The notes beneath the pieces are model-generated. The model saw only the letters and a program-made list of their open reading frames with translations, made no database searches and was not told the DNA's origin. DNA of 64,000 bases from Steroidobacteraceae bacterium (GTDB taxonomy: Bacteria; Pseudomonadota; Gammaproteobacteria; Steroidobacterales; Steroidobacteraceae). The stretch spans positions 8,296-72,295 of the forward strand of contig JBARBG010000081.1 in NCBI GenBank assembly GCA_049792815.1, read 5' to 3'. Every line of letters starts with the position of its first letter. The first letter of the stretch is position 1. The position numbers and the translations under genes were made by a program. This document shows, piece after piece, positions 57,010-64,000 of this stretch.

Positions 57010-57220
57010 TTCGGGATTATCAGTGCGGAGGAAGCTGGCCATGCCTCGAAAAAAAGAAGAAGAACGCAATAGCGAGAACTGCCCAGGCCACGACAACCCA
57101 GGCCAATATCCGCCAAACAGTTCGCACGATCGCCGCCTCCGGCAACAAAGGTCCCTGCGAGGCTACTACCAGTATTCGCTGCCCGAAAGCAGCCGCTCAC
57201 CAGCGACCGCTATAGGTTGC

Positions 57221-57547
57221 TCAGCCGCCAAGCAGCCGCCGAGCTAATAGAGACTGCATATCCCGTCGCCCATCGGCAATGATGTAGATCGCGACTTGCT
57301 GTCCGAACACGCGATAGATCAGCCTATAGGGCTTGAAGAATACCTGCCGATATTCCTGATCGCCCAGCGACCGGAGTTCCTTAGGCTGTGAGCCGCGCGA
57401 CGGCGCCGCGGTAAGGCTATCGGCAATCTCGAGGAGTCGGTTTAGAACATGCTCCGCCCTGGCGGGCGAATCATTCTTTGCGATGTAAGTGACGATGTCT
57501 TCCAGATCGCGTTCGGCGTCCTCGGTGAGAACGACGTGAAAACCCAT
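57221..57547 (-). CDS. parE: ParE/RelE-family type II toxin
   Basis: 108 aa from MGFHVVLTEDAERDLEDIVTYI...YRLIYRVFGQQVAIYIIADGRRD. Confidence 0.8.
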   Translation of the reverse strand: MGFHVVLTEDAERDLEDIVTYIAKNDSPARAEHVLNRLLEIADSLTAAPSRGSQPKELRSLGDQEYRQVFFKPYRLIYRVFGQQVAIYIIADGRRDMQSLLARRLLGG

Positions 57548-57831
57548 TAGTCCACCGTCACGGCCAGAACACGCAGTCTTGCAACGACATCGGCCAGCGG
57601 CTTCATTCGGCCTTGTGCGACCTGTTGGTTCCCAAGCGCCAATATCTTCAGCAGCGCCAGAGTCTCCTGGGTCTGCTCGTAGGAGGCCACGTCTTGGATC
57701 ACGGCCTTGGCCTCTCCATTCTGAGTGATGACCATTGGCTGACGCTGTTCCGCCAAATCTCGCAGCACCTCTGCCGCATTTGCTTTCAGATAGCTGATTG
57801 GCTTGATCTGCGTTGAATATCGCACGTCCAC
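57547..57831 (-). CDS. Phd/YefM-family antitoxin
   Basis: 94 aa with MDVRYSTQIKPISYLKANAAEVLRDLAEQRQPMVITQNGEAKAVIQDV. TAATG overlap with the toxin gene. Confidence 0.8.
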   Translation of the reverse strand: MDVRYSTQIKPISYLKANAAEVLRDLAEQRQPMVITQNGEAKAVIQDVASYEQTQETLALLKILALGNQQVAQGRMKPLADVVARLRVLAVTVD

Positions 57832-57919
57832 ACCTCATTGACCTACAGGACTAAATATAGTCCTTTATCGGTCTTCCGGCAAGAAGCCCCTTTCGGCCGA
57901 ATTGCCGAGCCGCCATTGA

Positions 57920-59251
57920 TCAAATGGGCGATTCTTGAGGACTGTGCACAAGAATCTGCCGATCTCTGGTCGAGCGGCTCCGTTTCGTTCTCTGGAGGTT
58001 GAATTCGGGGCAAATGTCACGCAACCGCTCAAGGTACTGCGCCCACCTTGTCAGCGCCTCCCGCTTCTCATCGATGTACTCGTGGAGATCGTAAGTCGCC
58101 TCCATTCGATTCCGGGCGTGGTTGAGCACACGCTCCGCAATGTCGATCTTGATTCCCAGACGCCCGAGGCCGGTTCGGCCGTTGCGACGCAAATCGTGCG
58201 GCGTGAAAGCCGCCACGCCATGCTTACTGAACCGTTTGAGGCATCGGGCGACACTGCGTGTGACGTACTTCGGGTCATCCGGGCCGGAGCCGTCACCGTT
58301 TGGCAGCACGTAGCGTGAATCATCCGCCATGCCCTTAAGAGCCTGCAGCTCGGTTACCGCCCAATCCGAGAGCGGCAATACGTGACCCTTGCCGGTCTTG
58401 GCACGCGAATCTGGAATCGTCCAGGTCTTCGCCTCGAAATCGAACTCATCCCACTCGGCGAGGGCCAGCTCGCTGCGCCGCTGCAGGGTCAGGAGCAGTA
58501 CGCGAAGTACGCGCGGCAGGCGCTTGAAGCGGCATCCGTCGTCCAGATTGACCAGGAATGCCTTCAGCTCCTCTTCGGAAAATACCCGCGAACGCGGCTT
58601 GTCCTTGCCGCCCGGCCTGTAGAGCAGCTGTACGGGGTTCGTTTCGACAATGGCGCGATGGATGCCAAAGCGGAACATCTGTGACAGCACGCCGGCGACC
58701 CGGTTTGCCATTACCGGGGCTCTATCGGCGACTTCATCCAGAAATTCGATGATTTCCCGTGGCTTGATCGTCCGGGCGTCGCGGCTCCTCCAGCGAGGCA
58801 GCACATCGGTATCCAAGATTCGCCGCACGTACTCGGGGCGCCGGCGTTGAATCTTGACGTGACGCTCCATGAATTCCTGAGCGAGATTTTCGACGGAATG
58901 TCCGTTGGCGAGCAGGGTGCCGGGGCTGCTTGGCTTAATCCGATGCGCGCGCGTGATGCCGGCCCGCCGTGGATCAATCTCCCGACGGAGGAGGGCACGG
59001 GCGGCATCGACCTTTTCGTGTGCGTCCGCCAGACCGACATCGGGATAGACCCCGAGCACGAGCCGAGCACGTCGGCCGTGCCAATAGAACCGCCAGTGCC
59101 AGGACTTCACACCCGTTTCTGCAACGCGCAGTTGCAAACCGGCGCAGGCCGGATCGCCCACTTCGTAGCGTCGGGGTCCCGCTGCGAGGCTCGCGATGCG
59201 ACTGCTTGTCAGTTTCGGAAGGAGGCCCTGCGCCTTCTTGAGTGGTCCCAC
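57920..59251 (-). CDS. int: Tyrosine recombinase, P4-type island integrase (DUF4102 arm-binding N-domain)
   Basis: 443 aa with a GTG start, ...GLQLRVAETGVKSWHWRFYW..., and catalytic R...HDLRRNGRT...LNHA...Y. Adjacent to the tRNA-Pro fragment. Confidence 0.9.
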   Translation of the reverse strand: MGPLKKAQGLLPKLTSSRIASLAAGPRRYEVGDPACAGLQLRVAETGVKSWHWRFYWHGRRARLVLGVYPDVGLADAHEKVDAARALLRREIDPRRAGITRAHRIKPSSPGTLLANGHSVENLAQEFMERHVKIQRRRPEYVRRILDTDVLPRWRSRDARTIKPREIIEFLDEVADRAPVMANRVAGVLSQMFRFGIHRAIVETNPVQLLYRPGGKDKPRSRVFSEEELKAFLVNLDDGCRFKRLPRVLRVLLLTLQRRSELALAEWDEFDFEAKTWTIPDSRAKTGKGHVLPLSDWAVTELQALKGMADDSRYVLPNGDGSGPDDPKYVTRSVARCLKRFSKHGVAAFTPHDLRRNGRTGLGRLGIKIDIAERVLNHARNRMEATYDLHEYIDEKREALTRWAQYLERLRDICPEFNLQRTKRSRSTRDRQILVHSPQESPI

Positions 59252-59261
59252 GGTGGTCCCA
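59242..59261 (+). repeat. Arm-type direct repeats GTGGTCCCA x2 (attR side, overlapping the int start)
   Basis: GTGGTCCCA at 59242-50 and 59253-61. Same motif and orientation as 44837-57. Confidence 0.6.
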
Positions 59262-59381
59262 TTTTGCTGCGACAGGGCGAATCGTACCGCTTCGGCGTGC
59301 GACGCGGAAGTGGCTTATTTTCTAGATGTTGCAGGCCAATTGGCGTTGCGATATGTTGCGCCTCGTTGCAGCCCGATTTTC

Positions 59382-59429
59382 CATGGGGTGCAAGGGGTCC
59401 CGAGTTCAAATCTCGGCGTTCCGACCAAT
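59382..59429 (+). repeat. tRNA-Pro 3'-half fragment (att direct repeat, right end of island)
   Basis: CATGGGGTGCAAGGGGTCCCGAGTTCAAATCTCGGCGTTCCGACCAAT. The 4 differences from 44762-44809 are compensatory in the T-stem. No 5' half lies upstream. Confidence 0.8.
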
Positions 59430-59480
59430 TCTTGGCGGTCCATACCGAACACAGCGCGGAAGCGCCAGAGCGGAGCACAT

Positions 59481-59789
59481 ATGCACAAGACGGCGACCAC
59501 CATAGCCTCGATTGCAGTGGCCTTTCTCGGTGCCGGGATTGCTGGTTGCGAAACTCAACTCCCGGTTGGATATCGCATGACGCGCTTGAGCAACACGGAT
59601 CAGCCGATAGGCCGGGTCTGCATGGTGAACGACCACAACTGTCTTTCCATGATGACTGAGCCGCCTCACACGTGTCTGATCTCTAAGGGGGACTGCGATA
59701 CGAACGGCAATATTCAGTCGCTCAACCTGAGCACGGGAGCGACCGTTGAGCCGGGCGTGCGCTTCACAATCCCGCAGTCGCAGCGCTGA
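59481..59789 (+). CDS. Small lipoprotein, unknown function
   Basis: 102 aa from MHKTATTIASIAVAFLGAGIAGC (lipobox). The track ORF from 59196 is an over-extension across the att repeat. Confidence 0.5.
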   Translation: MHKTATTIASIAVAFLGAGIAGCETQLPVGYRMTRLSNTDQPIGRVCMVNDHNCLSMMTEPPHTCLISKGDCDTNGNIQSLNLSTGATVEPGVRFTIPQSQR

Positions 59790-59796
59790 AGGCTCC

Positions 59797-62064
59797 CTAA
59801 CCGGTGGTCGTAGCCTCACCGGGCTGCGTGAGGTCCCCGCGGCCATCGCGCAACAGGGCGACAAATTCCGAGGCCGGCAGCGGCTTGCTGTGCAGGAAGC
59901 CCTGGGATTGTGTACACCCGAATTCCAGCAGCATGTCGAACTGTTCGCGCGTTTCCACACCCTCCGCCACGGTGTGCATCGCGAACGCCTTTGCGAGGGA
60001 TACCACGGTCTGAACCAGGGTGATGCCCTGGGTGCTCTGCGGCAGTTTCATGACAAAGCTACGATCGATTTTCAGGGTATCGACGGGCAGTGACGACAGC
60101 CGGCTCAGCGATGAGTAGCCGGTGCCGAAGTCGTCAATGGCGATCCTGGCGCCGCGGGCACGCAGTTGTTCCAGGCGCGCCATTTCCTCGCCTGAATCTC
60201 CCTGCAGGGCCCCTTCGGTGATCTCCACATCAACACCGGCGTGTGGTGTCGCCCAGGTGCCGGTGGCCTCGAGAAACTGACTGGTAAAGTCCGCCTGCCG
60301 CAACTGCAGCGGCGAGATATTGACCGCGATGCGCACCGGTGGCAGCCCCGCCTGCAGCCACTCGAGGCAATCGTGAGCGGCCTGCTCGATGACCCATCTT
60401 CCGACCTCGACAATGAGGCCGGTCGATTCCAGCACGGGTAGGAATGCGCCCGGCGGGATCAGGCCCGCCTGCGGATCCTGCCAGCGCAGCAGCGCCTCGG
60501 CGCCGCAGATGCGCCGGGTTTGAAAATCCACCTTGGGCTGGTAGTGCAGCACGAACTGGCGGCGCTCCAGCGCCACGCGCAGCTTCTGCTCAAGTGCCAG
60601 GCGGTTCATCATTTCTGAATGTTTCTCGGCGCTGTAGTTTTGCTGCCGCGCGCCCGAGGCCCGGGCCTCCTGCAACGCGAGTTCGGCATGCTGCACCAGG
60701 GCGTTGGCGTCCTTGCCATCATTCGGGTGCAGGGCCAGACCGGAACGCACGGTGACCTGTATCTCCTGCTGCTCGATGAGGAAGGGGCGGCCGAACAGCG
60801 CCGCGGCATGGGCGCGCATGGCAGCAAGCACTTCATCGCCATCGCGGGAACTGGCATCGGCGAATACGGCGAAAGTGCCGCCGCCGAAATGCGCCACGTG
60901 GTCGCTTCTGCGAAAACGACTGCGCAGACGGTCGGCGACGTGCTGCAGCAGCAGATCGCCGATCCTGCGGCCATAGGAGTCGTTGATCAGGCTCATGCGC
61001 TCGATGTCAATGACGCTGACCGCCAGGCGTGCGGACTGATTGGCGGGGTCAGACAGTAGCCGCGACAACCGATCGCAGAACAGCGGCCGCTTCGCCAACC
61101 CGGTGCGTGGGTCGAAGTGCGACAGCAGTCGGACCTTGGAATCCTTCTGCAGGTACTGCAATGCGAACGAGAGGTTGCCGGCGATTTCGCGCAGGGTGCG
61201 CAATTCCTCGAGACTCACGGCGTCCGAATCGCGCGCCGCCAGCAGCAATGCCCCGATGGGCGTGCGGTCAACCAGCAGCGGCAGTCCGACCACCACCGAC
61301 AGTTGCCTCTCGAGCATGGCCTGGCGCAACCCTTCCGGAAGGGCGGCATGAGCCGAATCGTTGCAGAGGAAGACTTTTCCGGTCTTGACTATCTGGCCGA
61401 CGATGTCCGTGTGCGCGCTTGCAGCTTCGGCCATGGCGGTGCGCAGGATCTGCGCACCGCTCCAGGCCACCGCTGAATATTTCGTCGTGCCGGAAACCTT
61501 GGCATAGACAAGGGCACTTAGATAGCCACCGGCACGCACCGCCAGGCGACAGGTTTCCTGCAACAGCTCCTTGCGATCACGGACCCTGACCACCAGCGAA
61601 TTGACGGCGCTCAATATGCCAAGGACCCGGGCCAGCCGGGCGATCTGGGCTTCCTGGCGGGCACGCTCCAGGCGCAGTTCGGCATCGGCGAGGGCACGCT
61701 TCACCGCCGGCGCGAGCCGCAGCAGGTTGTTCTTCAGCACGTAGTCGGCTGCCCCTGCCCGCAGGGCATCGATGGCGCGCTCCTCACCAATGGTGCCCGA
61801 GACGAAAATGAACGGCGCCTCAGGGGTCATCTCGCGCGCAATCCGCAGGGCGGAAATGCCGTCAAATTGCGGCAGATTGAAATCCGACAGGATGATGTCG
61901 GGGGAAAACTCACTCAAGTGGCAGCGCAGATCCTCCTCGGTCTCGACGCGTCGCCATTCAAAGCGCAGCCCGGCACGTTGCAGCTGGTGAATCACCAGTT
62001 CCGCCTCGTGCGCAACATCTTCCACCAGTAAAACGCGGAACTCCCCCTCCGAGGTCGCCGCCAT
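59797..62064 (-). CDS. Response-regulator receiver-GAF-GGDEF(degenerate)-EAL protein (c-di-GMP phosphodiesterase type)
   Basis: About 755 aa. REC (LLVEDV...SDFNLP), GGDEF motif replaced by GGGTF, EAL motif intact (EALLRW, DDFGTGYSS). The ATG overlaps the kinase stop (TGATG). Confidence 0.85.
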   Translation of the reverse strand: MAATSEGEFRVLLVEDVAHEAELVIHQLQRAGLRFEWRRVETEEDLRCHLSEFSPDIILSDFNLPQFDGISALRIAREMTPEAPFIFVSGTIGEERAIDALRAGAADYVLKNNLLRLAPAVKRALADAELRLERARQEAQIARLARVLGILSAVNSLVVRVRDRKELLQETCRLAVRAGGYLSALVYAKVSGTTKYSAVAWSGAQILRTAMAEAASAHTDIVGQIVKTGKVFLCNDSAHAALPEGLRQAMLERQLSVVVGLPLLVDRTPIGALLLAARDSDAVSLEELRTLREIAGNLSFALQYLQKDSKVRLLSHFDPRTGLAKRPLFCDRLSRLLSDPANQSARLAVSVIDIERMSLINDSYGRRIGDLLLQHVADRLRSRFRRSDHVAHFGGGTFAVFADASSRDGDEVLAAMRAHAAALFGRPFLIEQQEIQVTVRSGLALHPNDGKDANALVQHAELALQEARASGARQQNYSAEKHSEMMNRLALEQKLRVALERRQFVLHYQPKVDFQTRRICGAEALLRWQDPQAGLIPPGAFLPVLESTGLIVEVGRWVIEQAAHDCLEWLQAGLPPVRIAVNISPLQLRQADFTSQFLEATGTWATPHAGVDVEITEGALQGDSGEEMARLEQLRARGARIAIDDFGTGYSSLSRLSSLPVDTLKIDRSFVMKLPQSTQGITLVQTVVSLAKAFAMHTVAEGVETREQFDMLLEFGCTQSQGFLHSKPLPASEFVALLRDGRGDLTQPGEATTTG

Positions 62065-63185
62065 CAATTATCCCGCCCCACGACAAAGAAGAACGTCGCG
62101 CCCTTGCCCGGCGCGCTGTCGGCCCAGATCCGCCCGCCATGGCGCTCGAGAATGCGTCGCGCAATGGAAAGTCCGACACCCGTGCCCGGGAACTGATCCT
62201 GCGAATGCAGGCGCTGAAACACCCCGAACAGACGGTCCGCGTATTGAGTATTGAACCCGGCGCCATTGTCGCGCACGAAATAGACCTGCTCGGCGTTCGC
62301 GCCGATCTTGGCCAGGTAGCTGCCGACGGCGATCTGGGGTTCGGCCCGGTCTCGCGTGAACTTGAAGGCGTTGGACAGCAGGTTCGCCATGACCTGCTCG
62401 ATCAGCCCGGGTTCACCCAGGCAATCAGGCAGCGGGTCGATGCGCACCTCGATCTGGCGGCGCGGATCGGCGGCCCTGAGCTCATCGACCAGGCGGTGGG
62501 TCATGCTGTCCAGATCGATGCGGTAACGATTCAGCGTGGCGCGGCTGAGCCGGCAGAACTTCAGCAGATCCTCGATCATCTGATCCATGCGCTGCGCGCC
62601 CCGAACGACGTGGTCCAGGCGCTGACGATTGCGTTGCGACAGAGTGGCGTCGGACTCCTCGAGGTAAACCTGGGTCATGCCACGAATGGCGCGCAGCGGG
62701 GAGCGCAGGTCATGGGATACGGAATAGGAAAAGGACTCCAGATCACGATAGGCTGCTGCCAGTTCCTGGGCCTGCTCACGTTCCTTTTGTTGCAGCGAGG
62801 CGTTTTCGATACGCAGGTTACGGATGTCAAGCGCGCGTGCGATGACCGGCAGGATGGCGTTGCGCCTGAACGGTTTGAGCACGTAATCGAAGGCGCCGAC
62901 CTGCAGCGCCGACACGGCCGTGTCAACGCAGCCGTGCCCGGTCATGATGACACCGGCGATATCTGGATCCGCGGCTCGCGCCGCCCTGAACAGCTCGATG
63001 CCGTCCATCTCCGGCATCTTCAGATCGGTGAGCAGAAGGTGGCAGGAACCGGTACGCAGCACCCGCAGCGCTTCGCTGGGCGAATTGAAGCCGTCGACCT
63101 TGTAGCCTTCGAAGCCCAGGGTGTCGCACAGCGCGCGCATATGCGCCGCTTCATCGTCGACCACAATCAGGCGGGCACTCATCAT
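62064..63185 (-). CDS. Hybrid histidine kinase (N-terminal receiver, HisKA, HATPase_c)
   Basis: 373 aa from MMSARLIVVDDE, with H-box SYSVSHDLRSPL and G-boxes near the C-terminus. The TTG start at 63260 in the track is less likely. Confidence 0.8.
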   Translation of the reverse strand: MMSARLIVVDDEAAHMRALCDTLGFEGYKVDGFNSPSEALRVLRTGSCHLLLTDLKMPEMDGIELFRAARAADPDIAGVIMTGHGCVDTAVSALQVGAFDYVLKPFRRNAILPVIARALDIRNLRIENASLQQKEREQAQELAAAYRDLESFSYSVSHDLRSPLRAIRGMTQVYLEESDATLSQRNRQRLDHVVRGAQRMDQMIEDLLKFCRLSRATLNRYRIDLDSMTHRLVDELRAADPRRQIEVRIDPLPDCLGEPGLIEQVMANLLSNAFKFTRDRAEPQIAVGSYLAKIGANAEQVYFVRDNGAGFNTQYADRLFGVFQRLHSQDQFPGTGVGLSIARRILERHGGRIWADSAPGKGATFFFVVGRDN

Positions 63186-63419
63186 CGGCTGACACCTCAG
63201 CATGGGCGACTGCAAAGGATCGTAGTCGGCAGTCAGGGTATGAAATGCGATGCAAAGCAAATCACATTACCGGCCGATGGTTCTATGCCTGCGGCATAGC
63301 TATGACGTGTGGGAATCGTCTGACACGTTCGCGTTATCAACGGGTGATGCAGATGGGTGCATCGACGGGTTGTAACGTAATCAAATGGCGGGTGCTTTGA
63401 CCGCCTGAATCCGGCCGGC

Positions 63420-64000
63420 CTACGTCAGGGCCGCGGAGGCCTCGAGCGTGGCTTCGACCGGAGCGGCTGGACGCGTCAGCTCGCCGCGGCCGTTGCGCAT
63501 CAAGGCCACAAATTCTGCGGCGGGCACGGGGCGGCTGTGCAGGTAGCCCTGCGACTGAGTGCATCCCGCTGCCTGCAGGGCCGCGAACTGTTGGGGGGTT
63601 TCGACGCCCTCCGCAACGGTGGTCATCGAAAAGGCGCGCGCCAGGGAGATGATGGTCCGAACCAGGGCTCCGCCTTGAGAGTTGGCGTCGAGCCGCGTGA
63701 CGAAACTGCGGTCGATCTTCAGCGTATCAACTGGCAGCGAGGACAGACGGCTCAGCGAGGAGTAGCCGGTGCCGAAATCGTCGATCGCAATCCCCACCCC
63801 GCTGGCCCGCAGCTGCTCCAGGCGGCCGATTTCCACCGCCGAATCCCCCTGCAGGGCGCCTTCGGTGATTTCAACGTCCAGGCCGGCATTGGCCGTGGAC
63901 CATGCGCCCGTGGCGTTAAGGAACTGCGTGGTGAAATTCGACTGACGCAATTGCGCCGGTGAGATATTCACGGCGATCCGGATCGGCGGCAGTCCTGCCC
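63420..64000 (-). CDS. EAL-domain protein, C-terminal part (5' end beyond the window)
   Basis: ...DDFGTGYSSLSRLSSLPVDTLKIDRSF... A close paralogue of the C-terminus of 59797-62064. The frame stays open to the window edge. Confidence 0.8.
   Translation of the reverse strand, partial: AGLPPIRIAVNISPAQLRQSNFTTQFLNATGAWSTANAGLDVEITEGALQGDSAVEIGRLEQLRASGVGIAIDDFGTGYSSLSRLSSLPVDTLKIDRSFVTRLDANSQGGALVRTIISLARAFSMTTVAEGVETPQQFAALQAAGCTQSQGYLHSRPVPAAEFVALMRNGRGELTRPAAPVEATLEASAALT

Larger units (their letters stand above)
53940..57010 (+). mobile_element. Integron-type gene-cassette array without an integron integrase (CALIN-like)
   Basis: Five short co-oriented ORF units, each followed by an attC-like imperfect palindrome bounded by RYYYAAC...GTTRRRY. 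Each ORF starts 7-33 nt after a GTTRRRY core. Confidence 0.6.
44762..59429. mobile_element. tRNA-Pro-integrated genomic island (about 14.6 kb) bounded by a 48-bp direct repeat
   Basis: The 3' half of tRNA-Pro (44762-44809) is repeated at 59382-59429 (44/48 identical). A P4-type integrase lies at the right end. GTGGTCCCA repeats occur on both arms. Cargo is accessory and visibly lower in G+C. Confidence 0.7.

Noticed and set aside
53940-57010. CRISPR array as an explanation for the recurring intergenic repeats
   Set aside because: The repeats are 80-270 bp imperfect palindromes of variable length, separated by ORF-sized units of 400-900 bp. They are not short identical repeats with 30-40 bp spacers. 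No cas genes are present.
62064-63260. TTG start at 63260 for the hybrid histidine kinase
   Set aside because: The extra 25 residues (MLCIAFHTLTADYDPLQSPMLRCQP) precede a typical receiver-domain start MMSARLIVVDDE. The ATG ATG at 63185 is preferred, though this is not proven.

Overview
High-G+C proteobacterial chromosome segment. The gene order thrS-infC-rpmI-rplT-pheS-pheT-ihfA-merR-tRNA-Pro is typical of gamma/beta-proteobacteria. All calls come from reading the sequence and ORF translations by eye; no searches were run. Many long ORFs in the track are GC-rich antisense shadows or false N-terminal extensions, so starts were re-picked by hand.

Left to right:
1. 1-9156: a translationally coupled pchC-X-F-like p-cresol methylhydroxylase operon headed by an extra haem-c/beta-propeller gene. 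It is followed by a Tat HD-domain protein, an orphan exbD, a Tat amidohydrolase and a quinohaemoprotein PQQ alcohol dehydrogenase.
2. 9077-11204: an MBL-fold hydrolase plus a PaaK/F390-synthetase-like ligase.
3. 11441-28599, the main finding: a guanidine-I (ykkC) riboswitch at 11441-11547, hidden inside a spurious ORF extension. It sits directly upstream of a TonB-dependent receptor. A 12-gene, tightly coupled operon follows: a NikR-like regulator with a degenerate Ni site, a DUF1989 pair (CgdAB-like), a urea/guanidine carboxylase, allophanate hydrolase, a NitT/TauT ABC importer, a TPR-sulfotransferase, a second binding protein, a membrane desaturase-like enzyme and an isochorismatase-like hydrolase.
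4. 28627-44807: a DUF4198 protein, a heterodimeric ABC exporter, an integrase relic next to tRNA-Asn, an aminotransferase, uvrB, tRNA-Val and the thrS-pheT core operon.
5. 44762-59429: a tRNA-Pro(GGG) genomic island of about 14.6 kb, bounded by a 48-bp direct repeat, with GTGGTCCCA arm-type repeats on both sides and a P4-type integrase. Cargo: a GH5 hydrolase, a truncated IS21, a NUDIX hydrolase, VapBC, BlaI/BlaR1-TonB_C, an alpha/beta hydrolase, Phd/ParE, and an integron-style cassette array with attC sites but no intI (CALIN-like).
6. 59481-64000: a lipoprotein and a c-di-GMP/two-component module.
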